Source: a virus
Length of the DNA stretch: 64,000 nucleotides
Direction: 5' to 3' (one strand)
IMG/VR virus record: IMGVR_UViG_3300029240_000008
Each line of letters opens with the position of its first letter. Positions within the stretch are counted from its first letter, which is position 1. Below the pieces are notes generated by a model. The model saw only the letters and a program-made list of their open reading frames with translations. It had not been told where the DNA came from and did no database searches. This document shows positions 34,201 through 44,097 of this stretch, in pieces. A program made the translations under genes and the position numbers.

Positions 34201-35764
34201 CTTGAATGGCTTTAAGACTCGCAGGAAACTCTAACTTAGTTCCTAAAAAAGTAGTAAAGTTTCCACCGGCAATACTTGTAATTGTGTTCCCTAATTCGAT
34301 ATGTGTTAAGCTTTCAAATTGATAGCCAAATCCATCGGAAATTTCGGTAATACCATCACTGAAAATAATTTTTACACATCTTTTAAATAGGCTATCGGGG
34401 ACTATAAGGTGTTCTGAATTTTCATGTAAGATCGTAATTTTTCCAGTCCCAGAAATTGAAAGTGTGTTTGCATCAAGATTAAATTCGGCTGTTACGTCTT
34501 CGTGATTCGGCGAGCCTATATGTACAGAAAACGAGTCATACACCGTAACATTTTTAGTTCCTACCACGTTGAAATAATTAACATTTATAGGAATTTGACC
34601 TGCTTCTGTAACAAGTGTATTATCGACAGTATATCCACTTTTTACAATTTCCGGCCCATCCGAGTACTTAACGGTTATACTTCGAACAGATAAGCTTGTG
34701 GTATCTCCCACAAAATAAACATTATTATAGCTTACTATGTCTGAAATGCTTTCTGGCTGCATAATCGCAACTTCAAATTCACAAGTGAAACTGCCGTAAT
34801 GAACTGTAATTTCACATTGCTTTGGAGAACTGCTGTCAAATCCAGAATACGTGCAATCTTTTGTAACATCTATGGTGTTTCCATCACTTGCCGTTGCAGT
34901 AACCACAATGCCCGTAGAATCAAATTCTTTTCCTATGTGATAATTTGTCTTGGTTGGCATAGTAGTTACTGATATGGCGGTGATAGAGGCTTCTGAGACA
35001 GTAATCTCAAACGTTGTGGTTTTGCCAGATGCAGTAACGGTTATGGTCTTTGCACCTGCGGAACTGCTGTCAAAGCCCGATAATTCGTAATCTGTGACAC
35101 TGACTGTTTCTCCTGTGCTTGTTGTTCCTGATATTTCAAGACCTGTTTTATCAAAAAATTCTTTCTGATAATACATAGTCTTATCTGGCATTTTTGACAC
35201 AGATATACTGGCGATTATTAAATCAGAATATTTTTCATAAGAAATCTCCTGAGATATGCCCGCATTTTTGACCAAAATCGAAATCGGTACCGTAGAAGAT
35301 ACAGAAATATTCAGATTTGTTGTGGTTTTACCGTCAGTGATTGACGATGTACCGGTGTACGAACTGCTTGTAGGTCTCTGAATAACATTGACAAAAAGAG
35401 TCTGTCCCTCTATCAAGAATACTTCGTATTTCAGCGCATACGATGATGATGTGCTTGAATAATACACATAGCCTTCAACCCTGATTTTGAGGAATCTTTT
35501 TCCTGACGTAAGTGTTCCTTCCTGTCGGTAGATATAATAAATCGCGCCATCCCGGCGCCAGATTTTGAGTTGTTCGGCGTTCTGCCCGAAACCGATAAAA
35601 TTGTTTCCTGAAACATATATGGTACTGGCGGTCTTGCCTGCATAAGTAAACCAATCAACACCTGTGACACTGACTACATCATCATCATGCTTCTTGTTGT
35701 TAACAACAGCCGTCATCCCGGCCGTCGTATTCAATAAGCTATCAAAAGATACTGTATTTTCCAT
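31217..35764 (-). CDS. giant tail protein with Ig-like repeats, a BspA-type LRR block and a C-terminal tail-tip domain
   Basis: Start moved to MENTVSFDS. Repeated ...MPTKT.Y..G..FD.TGL.V.A.Y.DG....VT.Y..SGFDSS..G.KTITVT... Ig-like modules. LRR_5-like IPASVT.IG..AF repeats. Follows the tape measure. Confidence 0.7.
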   Translation of the reverse strand: MENTVSFDSLLNTTAGMTAVVNNKKHDDDVVSVTGVDWFTYAGKTASTIYVSGNNFIGFGQNAEQLKIWRRDGAIYYIYRQEGTLTSGKRFLKIRVEGYVYYSSTSSSYALKYEVFLIEGQTLFVNVIQRPTSSSYTGTSSITDGKTTTNLNISVSSTVPISILVKNAGISQEISYEKYSDLIIASISVSKMPDKTMYYQKEFFDKTGLEISGTTSTGETVSVTDYELSGFDSSSAGAKTITVTASGKTTTFEITVSEASITAISVTTMPTKTNYHIGKEFDSTGIVVTATASDGNTIDVTKDCTYSGFDSSSPKQCEITVHYGSFTCEFEVAIMQPESISDIVSYNNVYFVGDTTSLSVRSITVKYSDGPEIVKSGYTVDNTLVTEAGQIPINVNYFNVVGTKNVTVYDSFSVHIGSPNHEDVTAEFNLDANTLSISGTGKITILHENSEHLIVPDSLFKRCVKIIFSDGITEISDGFGYQFESLTHIELGNTITSIAGGNFTTFLGTKLEFPASLKAIQGGTFSSCPNLTEIVFHEGLQEIQGGTLNGFQSLDSVVFPLSLNLLSSGAFAGATINNVEIGSSDSTINSSGIYIPSCKNLMIRGGTIDGTGGTKALSILENLTLKSTVKFTGASQFTPCFYALKTVTIENGIAEIPTSCFASCSKITEIAIPASVTNIGDNAFSGTSLKNLVIPDGVQTIGTQAFYGTQLTSATIPASVTSIGANAFSTPVTTSVTLNKKTNEISGSPWGARGIITWLIRVTRLEVTHMPTKTRYFVGETFDSTGLIITAYYNDNTSEQVTGYTLSSPDMSVYGSKTVTVTFDEKTVDFSILVVDISGIEVKTMPTKVEYQKGDVFDTTGLSILVKYTDGTSETKTTGFEVSGFDSSSVGEKTITVTYKTHTATFKVTVYGLSGIRITSFPSKVYYKIGELFNPSGLTVAEVRQDGTEKEITDYDISGFDSSTAGSKTITVSYNVTINGVSKFVGSDSFQIKVTNDGNNPFDGGSNDGSGGGSGDVEEEKTEPIEITVHWINGEFADLTNENIGQNTLTLQESICSESYFIFGGCVCNQITFQAHHDQFNGTSEEFYPSGKIEVYIERKGTKIKIFTGEIDSAERKANSLTRNFIAYDYLYKLRNTDIARWYKNQTTDKKKKLTQKQFRDKLFEFLGLEQVSTKLHWDDAYVPDTNNSNEMNVVNILKDLCLQNDRFGWMNRDGKFEYLKLRQNSYRYGQTTSNQNIYKYYNNEEVHLDTFKSFTAKEGRIWFPNVIFCDPDPNRAFGFTQGDYTAQEAYDNNVYYNRNSFFVGNEDWLNYVWDADEYGGISRAEPIMKICYGVFVNQDLRKYYRAQGYTAEVQGNPLNMVGQAVELYYKKQIQHDEQEPTELQWYVHSYIMSRILKIGATDMIDTYSANNAPFNSNSQQLGKYTPEISGTVNLTRSEMPTISYAEFTDGSDSEFSPATIDDFTDGSGGSGSTSEQLKKAQLRCVKRIKKADYDALVAAGTDRADTLYFTFEEG

Positions 35765-35827
35765 AATCATCCTCCCGTCTATAAAATAAAAGAGCACATG
35801 AGCTGTGACACCCATGCACTCTGGTTG

Positions 35828-36259
35828 TTAGTATTCGATCAGTGCGAACCGCATCTTATTATAAAGAATGTTCTTTGTCTCTTCGTCCACATTGATAATT
35901 TTGTAATCCACATCGGGCATATAAAAAACCCCCGTTCTGTAGGTGTTCTGCTCATCATCCCAATATGTGACATTGTACTTCCGCTGTGCTCTGTTGACCA
36001 AGCCAGAAGCAAATGTAGACTGCAAATCAATCTTCTCTGCCAAATAAAGCGGTCTGGTATTAAAATCAATCTTTGTCTTAAAATTCGGGCTTGTGTCCCT
36101 GTGCAAGAGATTATTCAAGTCCCTGTATGCTTCTACTTCTGTTCTCTGGTTCGGAGTCGCGGTGTAATCATCGTAGGCGAGGTACTTATTTGGAACAACT
36201 TTGCTTCCAAACTTCAAGAGCCATCCATCAAAACTGCTTCCTGCAATAAAATCACTCAT
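35828..36259 (-). CDS. small tail protein directly after the tape measure (distal-tail position)
   Basis: 143 aa. Called from synteny only. Confidence 0.4.
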   Translation of the reverse strand: MSDFIAGSSFDGWLLKFGSKVVPNKYLAYDDYTATPNQRTEVEAYRDLNNLLHRDTSPNFKTKIDFNTRPLYLAEKIDLQSTFASGLVNRAQRKYNVTYWDDEQNTYRTGVFYMPDVDYKIINVDEETKNILYNKMRFALIEY

Positions 36260-36268
36260 TTACCTCAC

Positions 36269-39200
36269 CTACCTTTCAAATAATCCGAATCCATTGCGGT
36301 TTCTGAACTGTTCGTTTTCCTCTTGCAAATATCCGACTAAGTGACCATCTGCATAAATTGCCATGCCTTTGACAGCTTCCCGGATAACCTGTGCGATATT
36401 CTGATTGTTGTCGAATGTGTTGTTACTGATTGCAATTACTTCACGGCGAATATCGTCACCAAAAGTACCATTCGCAGATACCGGCTTCTGATACATTTTG
36501 GCAGTCGGAACAGCCTTTATATTTGCTTCCATTTGTGGGAGCTGAATACCCTGTATAGATGCGCTTATATTTCCGATTGTAGACTGTAATGCCGGAATCA
36601 TGTTCTGCATACCTATCTGAAAGCCCTGCATGGTGTAGCTACCAAGTTCTTCAAATACCTGAGATGGGCTGTGAATTTTGAGAACTTTGCGGAACGTATT
36701 TGATATATTTTGCGCGATTTTTTGCACATTTGCATAAAGCTGTTGTGCCGCGCCTACGATTCCATTGTTTAAGCCAATAATAGAGTTCCAACCGATATTA
36801 TACAGGTTTCCAATGGAATTGCTGATTCTGCTTCGGATTCTTCCGAACCATGTGAACGACGCAGAAAAGCCCGGCTCTAATCCGTTTCGGAATCCTTGAC
36901 CGCAGTATTCTGCAAGCTGCTTGAACCATCTGGACGGAGAGTGGGAGTCTACTGCTTCCTGCGCAGGGGCTTTTACGCTGTTATTCATTAGGTCAAGAAT
37001 CGAAGTCTTTGTGCTTTCTTTCTTCCCGTTAATTCCAGACTGTAATCCCTCTGCAATGTTGCTTCCAAGGGTTTTACCGCTTGATTTCGCAGTTTCTTCT
37101 GCATCTTTTGCAGATGATTGAATTGTTGAGTTAAGCTTTTCAGTGACTTTGCTGCCGTTCTGCTCAATCCCACTACCTACGGCAAGAATCTGATTCTTTC
37201 CGAGTTCCGTAACTAATTCAAAACCAGAATTGTTATCCAGAACGCCGTTGATTGCCCCCTGCAGAGTTGAATCCATTGTACTTTGTAGAGTACTTTCATA
37301 GTCAGAAATACCTTTTCCAAACTGCACCATCTGTCCGTTTGCTAAAGTATAGTAACCGTTATCATCCGGTTCTAATCCCTTTGCAATTTCCTGATAAATC
37401 TGCAATGCTTTTTCACCGAGAATCTGTTTTCCATTTTCCCAGATACCGCCCATCTCATCAATTGCGTTTGCCGTATCTGTTACCAGAGTTGCAAAGTCAA
37501 CGGTCTGGATAAGTGTCTGGAATCCCGTAAGCTGTTCTGAGATATCCTCAAACGACACATTGTTAATCCGATCAGCCATATTTGAAAACTGATTAGAGGA
37601 TGTTTCCGCTGTATCTCCAAGGTCTTTGACTGGTTTGTTTACTCCTGCTATCGCATTCTCGAAATCTTCGGACGAAATTCCAAGATTATTAAGCTTAAGT
37701 TCAAGTTCAAATAACGCCTGTTCTGTGCTATATCCGTTATCTTTTAGCTCGGAAAGGAATGTTAATAAAGGATATGCTTGTTCGCCTGAAATCTGGCTTG
37801 CGTGAACCAAACCGAGAATAGCATCTTCATACTCCTGAAATACCTTTAAATCGTCCTCTGTCAGTTTATCTCCGACTCCGAATATATCTTTCATCCATTC
37901 GTTGATAGCACCGGTAAAATCTCCTTTTTGATATCCGAATACATTATCTTCCAAAAACTCTCCAAAAGTTTTATCTTCGCCGCCGAACAGATTGACGCTT
38001 ATCCATTTTCCAAGGTTGAAACCTGCCATTGCAGTTCCTAAGACAACCATACTGTCTGCGAATCCTGCTACAAGTGTAGAACCTAGTCCAGAGCCAAAGA
38101 ATGTCTGCAATGCACCACTGGCTGTGGAAAGAACCGTTCCTAACCCACCGAAGATTGTTCTGAGTGCACCGATAGAGCTAACTACATTGTATATGTTTCG
38201 AGCAAAATTAATGCTCCCTCTTATAATAAAAAACCGTGCTAGAGCTTCGCCAAGAGCTTCTATCTGCTTATCGTCAAGCTTTCCTAAGGCTTTTGCGAAA
38301 GCATCTAAGGCGCTTACTAATGCGTTAATCAGAGGGGCGCCGATATCGTTCAGCATTATATCGAAAAAGCTGATAAACCCATCTGCGAATCCCTCGGCAA
38401 ATGGCTGGAATACATCCCATACATCACCGATTGTTTTTATTAACGAATCCCAATTAATATTTTTGATGAAATTCACAATTACGTCTTTAAGATTCCCGAT
38501 TCTTGTCCATAACCCGTCCCAATCAACATCAATCACTCCAAATTTATCAAGTGCGGCAACAGTAAGACCAAGTCCTGCCGCTATCGAAGCATATGGATGC
38601 GCTGCTAACATGGTGATTCCTTTGCCTATCACTCCTTCTTTACCGAAAATGCCACCGAACCATGTAAGTCCTTTAAATGCTACAAAAGCTGTCAGGAGCT
38701 GACCAAGGAAATAGCCGATAGATTGTGCCTGTTCTGGCGAAAATGTTGCGATAAACTCTTTGAACCTGTCAACCAGATCAGGAAGTTTATTAACTCCATC
38801 TGCCGCCTTGTCAAAAAAATCATCGAAGAAATCAAGTAATCCTGTTCCGACATTCTCAGCAAATGGCTCTAATACATCCCATAACTGTGCAAGGGAAGCA
38901 TTGATTTTGTCCCAATTGATCTTTACAAGAAAATCATTGAAAGCATTAATTAATCGCGGTAATCCCTTTTCTCCTAATGTCCACTTTCCAAGTGGAACTA
39001 AAAAGTGTTTCCAGAAATCTTTTAATGCTGTCCATGTGAAATCTCTGAGTTGTTTCAATCCATTGTTCCAGAGATTTTTTAGTGCTTTTGTGGTAGGTTC
39101 TGCGACTTTTGCAAGTTTCTTAAATGTGTCTGTAACTTTATTTGCGAATGCCATAGCCTTATTTTCCATGGAATTGTAAGCGGCATCCCATTTCTTCTGG

Positions 39201-42200
39201 TATTCGTTCAAAAGTTTATCCAGTGCATCATTGAGGATTCCTGCGTCAATTGCAGATGTGTCAATTTTTGGCGCTTTAATTTTAGAATTTGCAAGGTCAG
39301 ACAGAGAACTATCGTCTTTGCTCATAATTTCAAGTTCATCATAGGATGCGAGGAACTGTTTTAATTTTTTTGCGCTCTTAGTCGCATCTTTCAGATTGTT
39401 ATTTGTATCTTTTGTAGCATCATCTACGTCCGAAATTCCAGAATCGTCTATGGAATCAAGTGCATTCGAGAGATTTTCACTTCCGCCACCGATAGAACCG
39501 AACATTTTTCCGATTTTGGTATCAACTCCAAGAAGCGAACCAATGTATGTCAAAAGTCTCTGGAATGCGATTACAAGACCATTGATATATGGCAACACTG
39601 CCGCAACTACAGGCATAAAGATGTTCCCTAATGCTCTGGCACAGGATACTAAGTTTGCACGAAGTATACGTAACTGGTTGGCTGGCATATTTATCGTATT
39701 TGCCATATCCGCCCATGCGTACCGGGTGGAATCCAGTATCACTATTGTTCTCAGCATTGCCTTGCTTGCTTGGTCCATATTAGAAACAGACGTTTGTATA
39801 CCAAGATTTGCCGCATATTGCTGTAAGTTTGCCACACGAATGTTTGCACCATATTTGTCTACAGCACGGCTCATACCTACTAATCCAGAGGACAAGTTCT
39901 CATAAACTGTGCTAAAATCAAGATTCTTAACAGATGCAAGGTCAGCACCGATCATGGTTAATGCATTCGACAGTTTTAATGCCTGCTCAGAAGTCGTTCC
40001 CATAGATGATGATAACTGCGCAAACTGTCCTTGATAATTCAAGAGCATGGACGGATCCATACCGAGTGATTTACCTGATTTATTTGCGGTCAAAATCGCA
40101 TTATCAGAAACATCGAACCCAGACATTTTGGATGTAAGTTCTCTAGCTCTATTACTAAATGAATTTGCGTAAGCTTCCGCAGAATCATACCCTGCTTCTG
40201 ACCAAGTCTCTCCCGTTTTATCCGCTACCTGGCGGAATGCTGCTTGAAAGTAGTTGTAATCTTCGAGAAAATTCATGGAACTTTCAATTGCGCTTCCAAA
40301 TTTTCCAACAACAAATTTCAACGTCCAGAATTTTGCCACCAGAGACATGATGCTAGGCAAACTTTTCTTTGCCTTGCTTCCTACACTTCCAACGGCGTTT
40401 GCAAGTTTTCTGACCTTTCCTGTAGAAGTACCCGCACCCTGTCCTAATCTGGAAAATGCGCCTGCGGTAGACCTTGCCGCTCTACCAGCATTTGCCCCAG
40501 AATTTGCCAACTGAGCAATGGCCTGCGTCATTTGAATTGTACTGCTACTGATTCTAGGAGCGGTACTCATCGTCTGGAAGAATGATTTTAAGCTATTTGC
40601 CAGATCATTAAGCTGAGTTGCTGTCTTTCCAGTTTTATCACCTGCATTTGCCAACTGAGATATTGACTGAACAAATGTATTAATTGGCTGAGAAATATTG
40701 CCTATTTCAGAGAATGAGCCTACGATTTTTTCAAGTTCTTCACCAAGTTTCGGGAGTTTTGATGTAACTGCATCAATAGAACCACCGGCATTTGCCAATC
40801 TTGCCAGTGAAGAAACAAACCGGTTCACATTGTTTGATACGTCCGGAATACTGCTAAGACCAGATAATTCGGAAATCATGTTCTGAATCTTTCCAGACAC
40901 ATCACCTGTGGAGTTTAATGTTTCGTTCAATCTACGGATAGAATTTACAAACGAATTTAATCCACTATCTTTCAGATTAAGACTTCCAAGCGTGCTCATG
41001 GACTGAGTGAACTGCTGTAACTGGCTGTTTACTGTCGATAAATCCAGACCGTTCAATTTTGCTTCTATATTGTTCTTGAGCTCATCCGTATTAATTGAAA
41101 GATTTACTTTTACCGGGTCATAGGTAAGCGTGGATGCCTTGTTGATGGCATTTCTAATATCTCTGGCAATCTTTTCTTCATTAATCTTTACGTCAATTGG
41201 AATCTGACCGTTTGCAGACTCCATGGCAGACGCAATGTTCCTCTGGATTGACGCACCGAGTTGCGTGCCTAACTCATTTACCGAGCTGTACACCCTGTCC
41301 GATGCCATTGCCGCATCTGAACCAGACAAAGCCTGAATTGATATTGGTTTGATGGAATCCCTGACTTTTTTAAGGTTTTCCAGAACGGTTATCAACTGAT
41401 CTGCGTCGTTGATGGTATTCTTTGGAATCAATGTAGGGAACTTTTCTGATAGTTCTCCCCATGCTGAGTTAAGGTTAATTCCTTTTGTCGCATCAACTGT
41501 GATATTTCCAAGGTATTTCTGCAATAATTCCCTGAACTCGCCTTTTCCGATGTCTACTTTGAGCATATCGGAAACGTAGATTTTTTTGCCCTTGAAATAA
41601 TTGTAAAAGTCCTGCCACTCTTGTTCTGCACCATCCAGATAACTTCCGAGATTGGATTTTACGACTTTCCCGCTCTGCTCAATGCTTTTTGCAATATCAT
41701 CCAGAGTCTTTCCCCAGTCACCGGCTGTGAAGTTTTGTCCGTCAAATGAATTTGTAAGCTGTTGTGCCAACAAATCTATCTGTCTTTGAAGTTTGGAAGC
41801 GGCACCGCCTTTTAATTCAAATGCACTTGCAAGCTGTTTGGACAATGCAGATGCGTCTATTCTGGTAGTCTCTAAAGATTTCTCAACAGAATATTTCAAT
41901 TTTTCGGACATATCCGCTGAATTAATCTCTACATTTACTTTGAGATTCTTGTTTTCAAGATTACTCAAATTCACTTTACTGAGACGTTCGAGCTGTGCGG
42001 CCATGCTATTCAACTTACTTGTATCAATACTTTTGATAGATTGCACAGCATAACTGAGAGTACCGATAGATTTAGAAAAATTCCTCATCAAGCCTACGCT
42101 TTTGGACATTAAGCTGTCTAATCGGTCGAATTTATTGCACAAATCATTGATTGATCTTGACGCACTGGAAACGTCACTGCCGACTTGTATCGCCAGGGTA

Positions 42201-42220
42201 TCAATCGTATTGTCAGCCAT
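36269..42220 (-). CDS. tail tape measure protein (1983 aa)
   Basis: Very long helical, low-complexity ORF with hydrophobic Gly-rich central segments. Lies downstream of the chaperone pair and upstream of the tip genes. Confidence 0.9.
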   Translation of the reverse strand: MADNTIDTLAIQVGSDVSSASRSINDLCNKFDRLDSLMSKSVGLMRNFSKSIGTLSYAVQSIKSIDTSKLNSMAAQLERLSKVNLSNLENKNLKVNVEINSADMSEKLKYSVEKSLETTRIDASALSKQLASAFELKGGAASKLQRQIDLLAQQLTNSFDGQNFTAGDWGKTLDDIAKSIEQSGKVVKSNLGSYLDGAEQEWQDFYNYFKGKKIYVSDMLKVDIGKGEFRELLQKYLGNITVDATKGINLNSAWGELSEKFPTLIPKNTINDADQLITVLENLKKVRDSIKPISIQALSGSDAAMASDRVYSSVNELGTQLGASIQRNIASAMESANGQIPIDVKINEEKIARDIRNAINKASTLTYDPVKVNLSINTDELKNNIEAKLNGLDLSTVNSQLQQFTQSMSTLGSLNLKDSGLNSFVNSIRRLNETLNSTGDVSGKIQNMISELSGLSSIPDVSNNVNRFVSSLARLANAGGSIDAVTSKLPKLGEELEKIVGSFSEIGNISQPINTFVQSISQLANAGDKTGKTATQLNDLANSLKSFFQTMSTAPRISSSTIQMTQAIAQLANSGANAGRAARSTAGAFSRLGQGAGTSTGKVRKLANAVGSVGSKAKKSLPSIMSLVAKFWTLKFVVGKFGSAIESSMNFLEDYNYFQAAFRQVADKTGETWSEAGYDSAEAYANSFSNRARELTSKMSGFDVSDNAILTANKSGKSLGMDPSMLLNYQGQFAQLSSSMGTTSEQALKLSNALTMIGADLASVKNLDFSTVYENLSSGLVGMSRAVDKYGANIRVANLQQYAANLGIQTSVSNMDQASKAMLRTIVILDSTRYAWADMANTINMPANQLRILRANLVSCARALGNIFMPVVAAVLPYINGLVIAFQRLLTYIGSLLGVDTKIGKMFGSIGGGSENLSNALDSIDDSGISDVDDATKDTNNNLKDATKSAKKLKQFLASYDELEIMSKDDSSLSDLANSKIKAPKIDTSAIDAGILNDALDKLLNEYQKKWDAAYNSMENKAMAFANKVTDTFKKLAKVAEPTTKALKNLWNNGLKQLRDFTWTALKDFWKHFLVPLGKWTLGEKGLPRLINAFNDFLVKINWDKINASLAQLWDVLEPFAENVGTGLLDFFDDFFDKAADGVNKLPDLVDRFKEFIATFSPEQAQSIGYFLGQLLTAFVAFKGLTWFGGIFGKEGVIGKGITMLAAHPYASIAAGLGLTVAALDKFGVIDVDWDGLWTRIGNLKDVIVNFIKNINWDSLIKTIGDVWDVFQPFAEGFADGFISFFDIMLNDIGAPLINALVSALDAFAKALGKLDDKQIEALGEALARFFIIRGSINFARNIYNVVSSIGALRTIFGGLGTVLSTASGALQTFFGSGLGSTLVAGFADSMVVLGTAMAGFNLGKWISVNLFGGEDKTFGEFLEDNVFGYQKGDFTGAINEWMKDIFGVGDKLTEDDLKVFQEYEDAILGLVHASQISGEQAYPLLTFLSELKDNGYSTEQALFELELKLNNLGISSEDFENAIAGVNKPVKDLGDTAETSSNQFSNMADRINNVSFEDISEQLTGFQTLIQTVDFATLVTDTANAIDEMGGIWENGKQILGEKALQIYQEIAKGLEPDDNGYYTLANGQMVQFGKGISDYESTLQSTMDSTLQGAINGVLDNNSGFELVTELGKNQILAVGSGIEQNGSKVTEKLNSTIQSSAKDAEETAKSSGKTLGSNIAEGLQSGINGKKESTKTSILDLMNNSVKAPAQEAVDSHSPSRWFKQLAEYCGQGFRNGLEPGFSASFTWFGRIRSRISNSIGNLYNIGWNSIIGLNNGIVGAAQQLYANVQKIAQNISNTFRKVLKIHSPSQVFEELGSYTMQGFQIGMQNMIPALQSTIGNISASIQGIQLPQMEANIKAVPTAKMYQKPVSANGTFGDDIRREVIAISNNTFDNNQNIAQVIREAVKGMAIYADGHLVGYLQEENEQFRNRNGFGLFER

Positions 42221-42345
42221 ATTCTCACTCCCTTCTCAAAAAATATTTATAGTAAAAAAGAGGGGACAAAAATGTCCCCTCCATCTGGTTTTCTACAGTT
42301 TGAGTTTCACGATTTTAAATCGGAAAACATAATTGTCCCGTTTTT

Positions 42346-42696
42346 TTATTTTTTCTTATATTTCTTAGAATCCGCAGCAAGCGCATCAAAATAATTAATT
42401 GCTTTTTGCAATTCCTTTTCTTTTTTCTCTTCTTCTTCCTCTGCGGTGAGCGGGAAGATTCGAAACGGCTTTGCCGGATACTCATATGGTGCTTGACCAT
42501 TTTTCCTGAACATATTGCATACGGTAGCTTTGAGAGCTTCTACAGTGTACACGCCCTGCATATGTTCGTGGAAATTCTTTCTGTCCTCAGAAAACTTATA
42601 TGCTAAATCGTAGCATTCCAGCTCTCTTGGTTCAGAGTCCATAAACTCTGCTTTTGAAACTCCGTTATAAATATAGAACGGAAGTAAATCTTCCAT
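42346..42696 (-). CDS. tail assembly chaperone-position protein (116 aa)
   Basis: Synteny (immediately upstream of the tape measure) and an acidic/Lys-rich C-terminus. No slippery site linking it to the upstream ORF was found. Confidence 0.4.
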   Translation of the reverse strand: MEDLLPFYIYNGVSKAEFMDSEPRELECYDLAYKFSEDRKNFHEHMQGVYTVEALKATVCNMFRKNGQAPYEYPAKPFRIFPLTAEEEEEKKEKELQKAINYFDALAADSKKYKKK

Positions 42697-42728
42697 AACA
42701 TATCGGCTAAATGGTTTCTGAATTTTTT

Positions 42729-43157
42729 TTACTTTTTGGCTGGCTTCTCGTGATCCTGTGGTGCTTTCACTCCATTCTCCATTTCCGGATTCGGATTCTG
42801 AAGAATATCGTTTAAAAAACCCGCGTTCATAAGCTCATCGGCAAGAATGCCAAACAACTGTAAGAGTCCTCTTGGTTCATCGGTTTCTTCATCTTTGTAA
42901 TCATCCAGTAAATTCCCGATTTCCTGCAATGATTCTGCCGGATTGTATTTTTTAAATCCAACAAAAAGAAGCTCCCTGATTACGCAGAATAAGTCTTTAG
43001 TTCTTCTAATTCCGGAAACGTCTCCATCTGTTTCGATTTCTGCTGATTTAAAAAGCTTTGCCAAGTCCTGAACTCTTTCCATAAGATCTGTATCGCAGAA
43101 CGCATTGTAACCAAATTTGATAATATAATCAGTTCCATTAATTGTTAATTTTGTCAT
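42729..43157 (-). CDS. tail assembly chaperone (142 aa)
   Basis: Synteny between the major tail gene and the tape measure. Acidic protein. Confidence 0.5.
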   Translation of the reverse strand: MTKLTINGTDYIIKFGYNAFCDTDLMERVQDLAKLFKSAEIETDGDVSGIRRTKDLFCVIRELLFVGFKKYNPAESLQEIGNLLDDYKDEETDEPRGLLQLFGILADELMNAGFLNDILQNPNPEMENGVKAPQDHEKPAKK

Positions 43158-43224
43158 ATCATATATCCTCCCAAATTAAAATAGAAATTCCCGCCATAGA
43201 TTTGACTCAATGGCGGGATGTTTA

Positions 43225-43737
43225 TCAGCCCCCGAGTGGAGATGGAAAATCTTCATCAGACGGCTCAATTTTGTCTTCAATCTTGATTTCATCTGAAATT
43301 GTTACGTTTGCAGTAACTTCCCATGCTGCATTTACTTCGGCAGATGGAACGCCAAGTCTTGAAGGTACAATCGGAATAAACCAAGCCTTTGTAAGGTCTG
43401 GATGATAAATTTCCAGCCAAGGTCTTTTGCCTTCTGCTTTGTTCTTGTCCCATGTGCCACAGATGTTTTCCCAAGTATCAATGAACACCTGAGACATACC
43501 AAATGTAAATCCCATGGCTCCCGATAAATCGAGAAGTCCCGGAACGGATGTTTTGTATTTTGTTGCGTTCAGAGATGTGGTGTCGATAGTATCAGGTTCC
43601 GGGTTCATATCCGGAATGGATTTTGGTTTCTGTAAATTGTAATATTTGTCTGTTGGGCGTGTGCCCGCTATAGTTTCGAATGCAATCGCGACCTTCATGC
43701 CAATGGTACTGAGGTCAATCGCTGGTGTTGCTGCCAT
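43225..43737 (-). CDS. major tail protein
   Basis: 170 aa with AAAGGAG SD. Its position and ...TIDTTSLNATKYKTSVPGLLDLSGAMGFTF... resemble siphovirus tube proteins. Confidence 0.6.
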   Translation of the reverse strand: MAATPAIDLSTIGMKVAIAFETIAGTRPTDKYYNLQKPKSIPDMNPEPDTIDTTSLNATKYKTSVPGLLDLSGAMGFTFGMSQVFIDTWENICGTWDKNKAEGKRPWLEIYHPDLTKAWFIPIVPSRLGVPSAEVNAAWEVTANVTISDEIKIEDKIEPSDEDFPSPLGG

Positions 43738-43774
43738 ATTCGGCTCCTTTCTGCTTTTCAGCTATAAAATTACA

Positions 43775-43797
43775 ATAAAAAAGAGCCACATGGCTCT
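43775..43797 (-). terminator. intrinsic terminator upstream of the major tail gene
   Basis: On the minus strand, AGAGCCA-tg-TGGCTCT followed by TTTTTTATT. Confidence 0.6.
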
Positions 43798-43842
43798 GAT
43801 GCGTAACCCTGCATCCGGGAGATAAAAGGATCACCGTCCTTT

Positions 43843-44055
43843 CTATTCATCTGTGCCTGTTTTCAGTTCTGGAAGCCCTGCTACAGATGTAAGCAAGGAT
43901 AAAACACCGGAAAGAACGGACGCGGATACGACCATCTTCCAGTCAACGCTTCCAAGGACTGTTGCGGTTCCGATTGTAGCAACTGCTGTCTGAGCAATTG
44001 TCTTAACAGCTCTGATTCCCGCAGCTTTCAGCCATTGTAATTTATCTTTACTCAT
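43843..44055 (-). CDS. small two-TM protein, holin-like (r1t-type pattern)
   Basis: IRAVKTIAQTAVATIGTATVLGSVDWKMVVSASVLSGVLSLLTSVAGLPE. Confidence 0.4.
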   Translation of the reverse strand: MSKDKLQWLKAAGIRAVKTIAQTAVATIGTATVLGSVDWKMVVSASVLSGVLSLLTSVAGLPELKTGTDE

Positions 44056-44097
44056 AGGACACTCTCCTTTCTTTTTGGTATAAAAAAATAGAAGCTG

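Noticed and set aside
36341-42053. Plus-strand ORFs inside the tape measure gene (e.g. 37992..38702, 38760..39179, 39396..39905)
   Set aside because: They are antisense shadows of a 1983-aa ORF with biased composition. They lack SDs and have low-complexity Ser/Pro/Ala-rich translations.
42697-42740. Programmed -1 frameshift joining the two tail chaperone ORFs
   Set aside because: An A-rich run (AAAAAGTAAAAAAAA) is present at the end of the 142-aa ORF. Both alternative frames hit stops before reaching the 116-aa ORF, which also has its own ATG. No G/GT-type fusion is supported.
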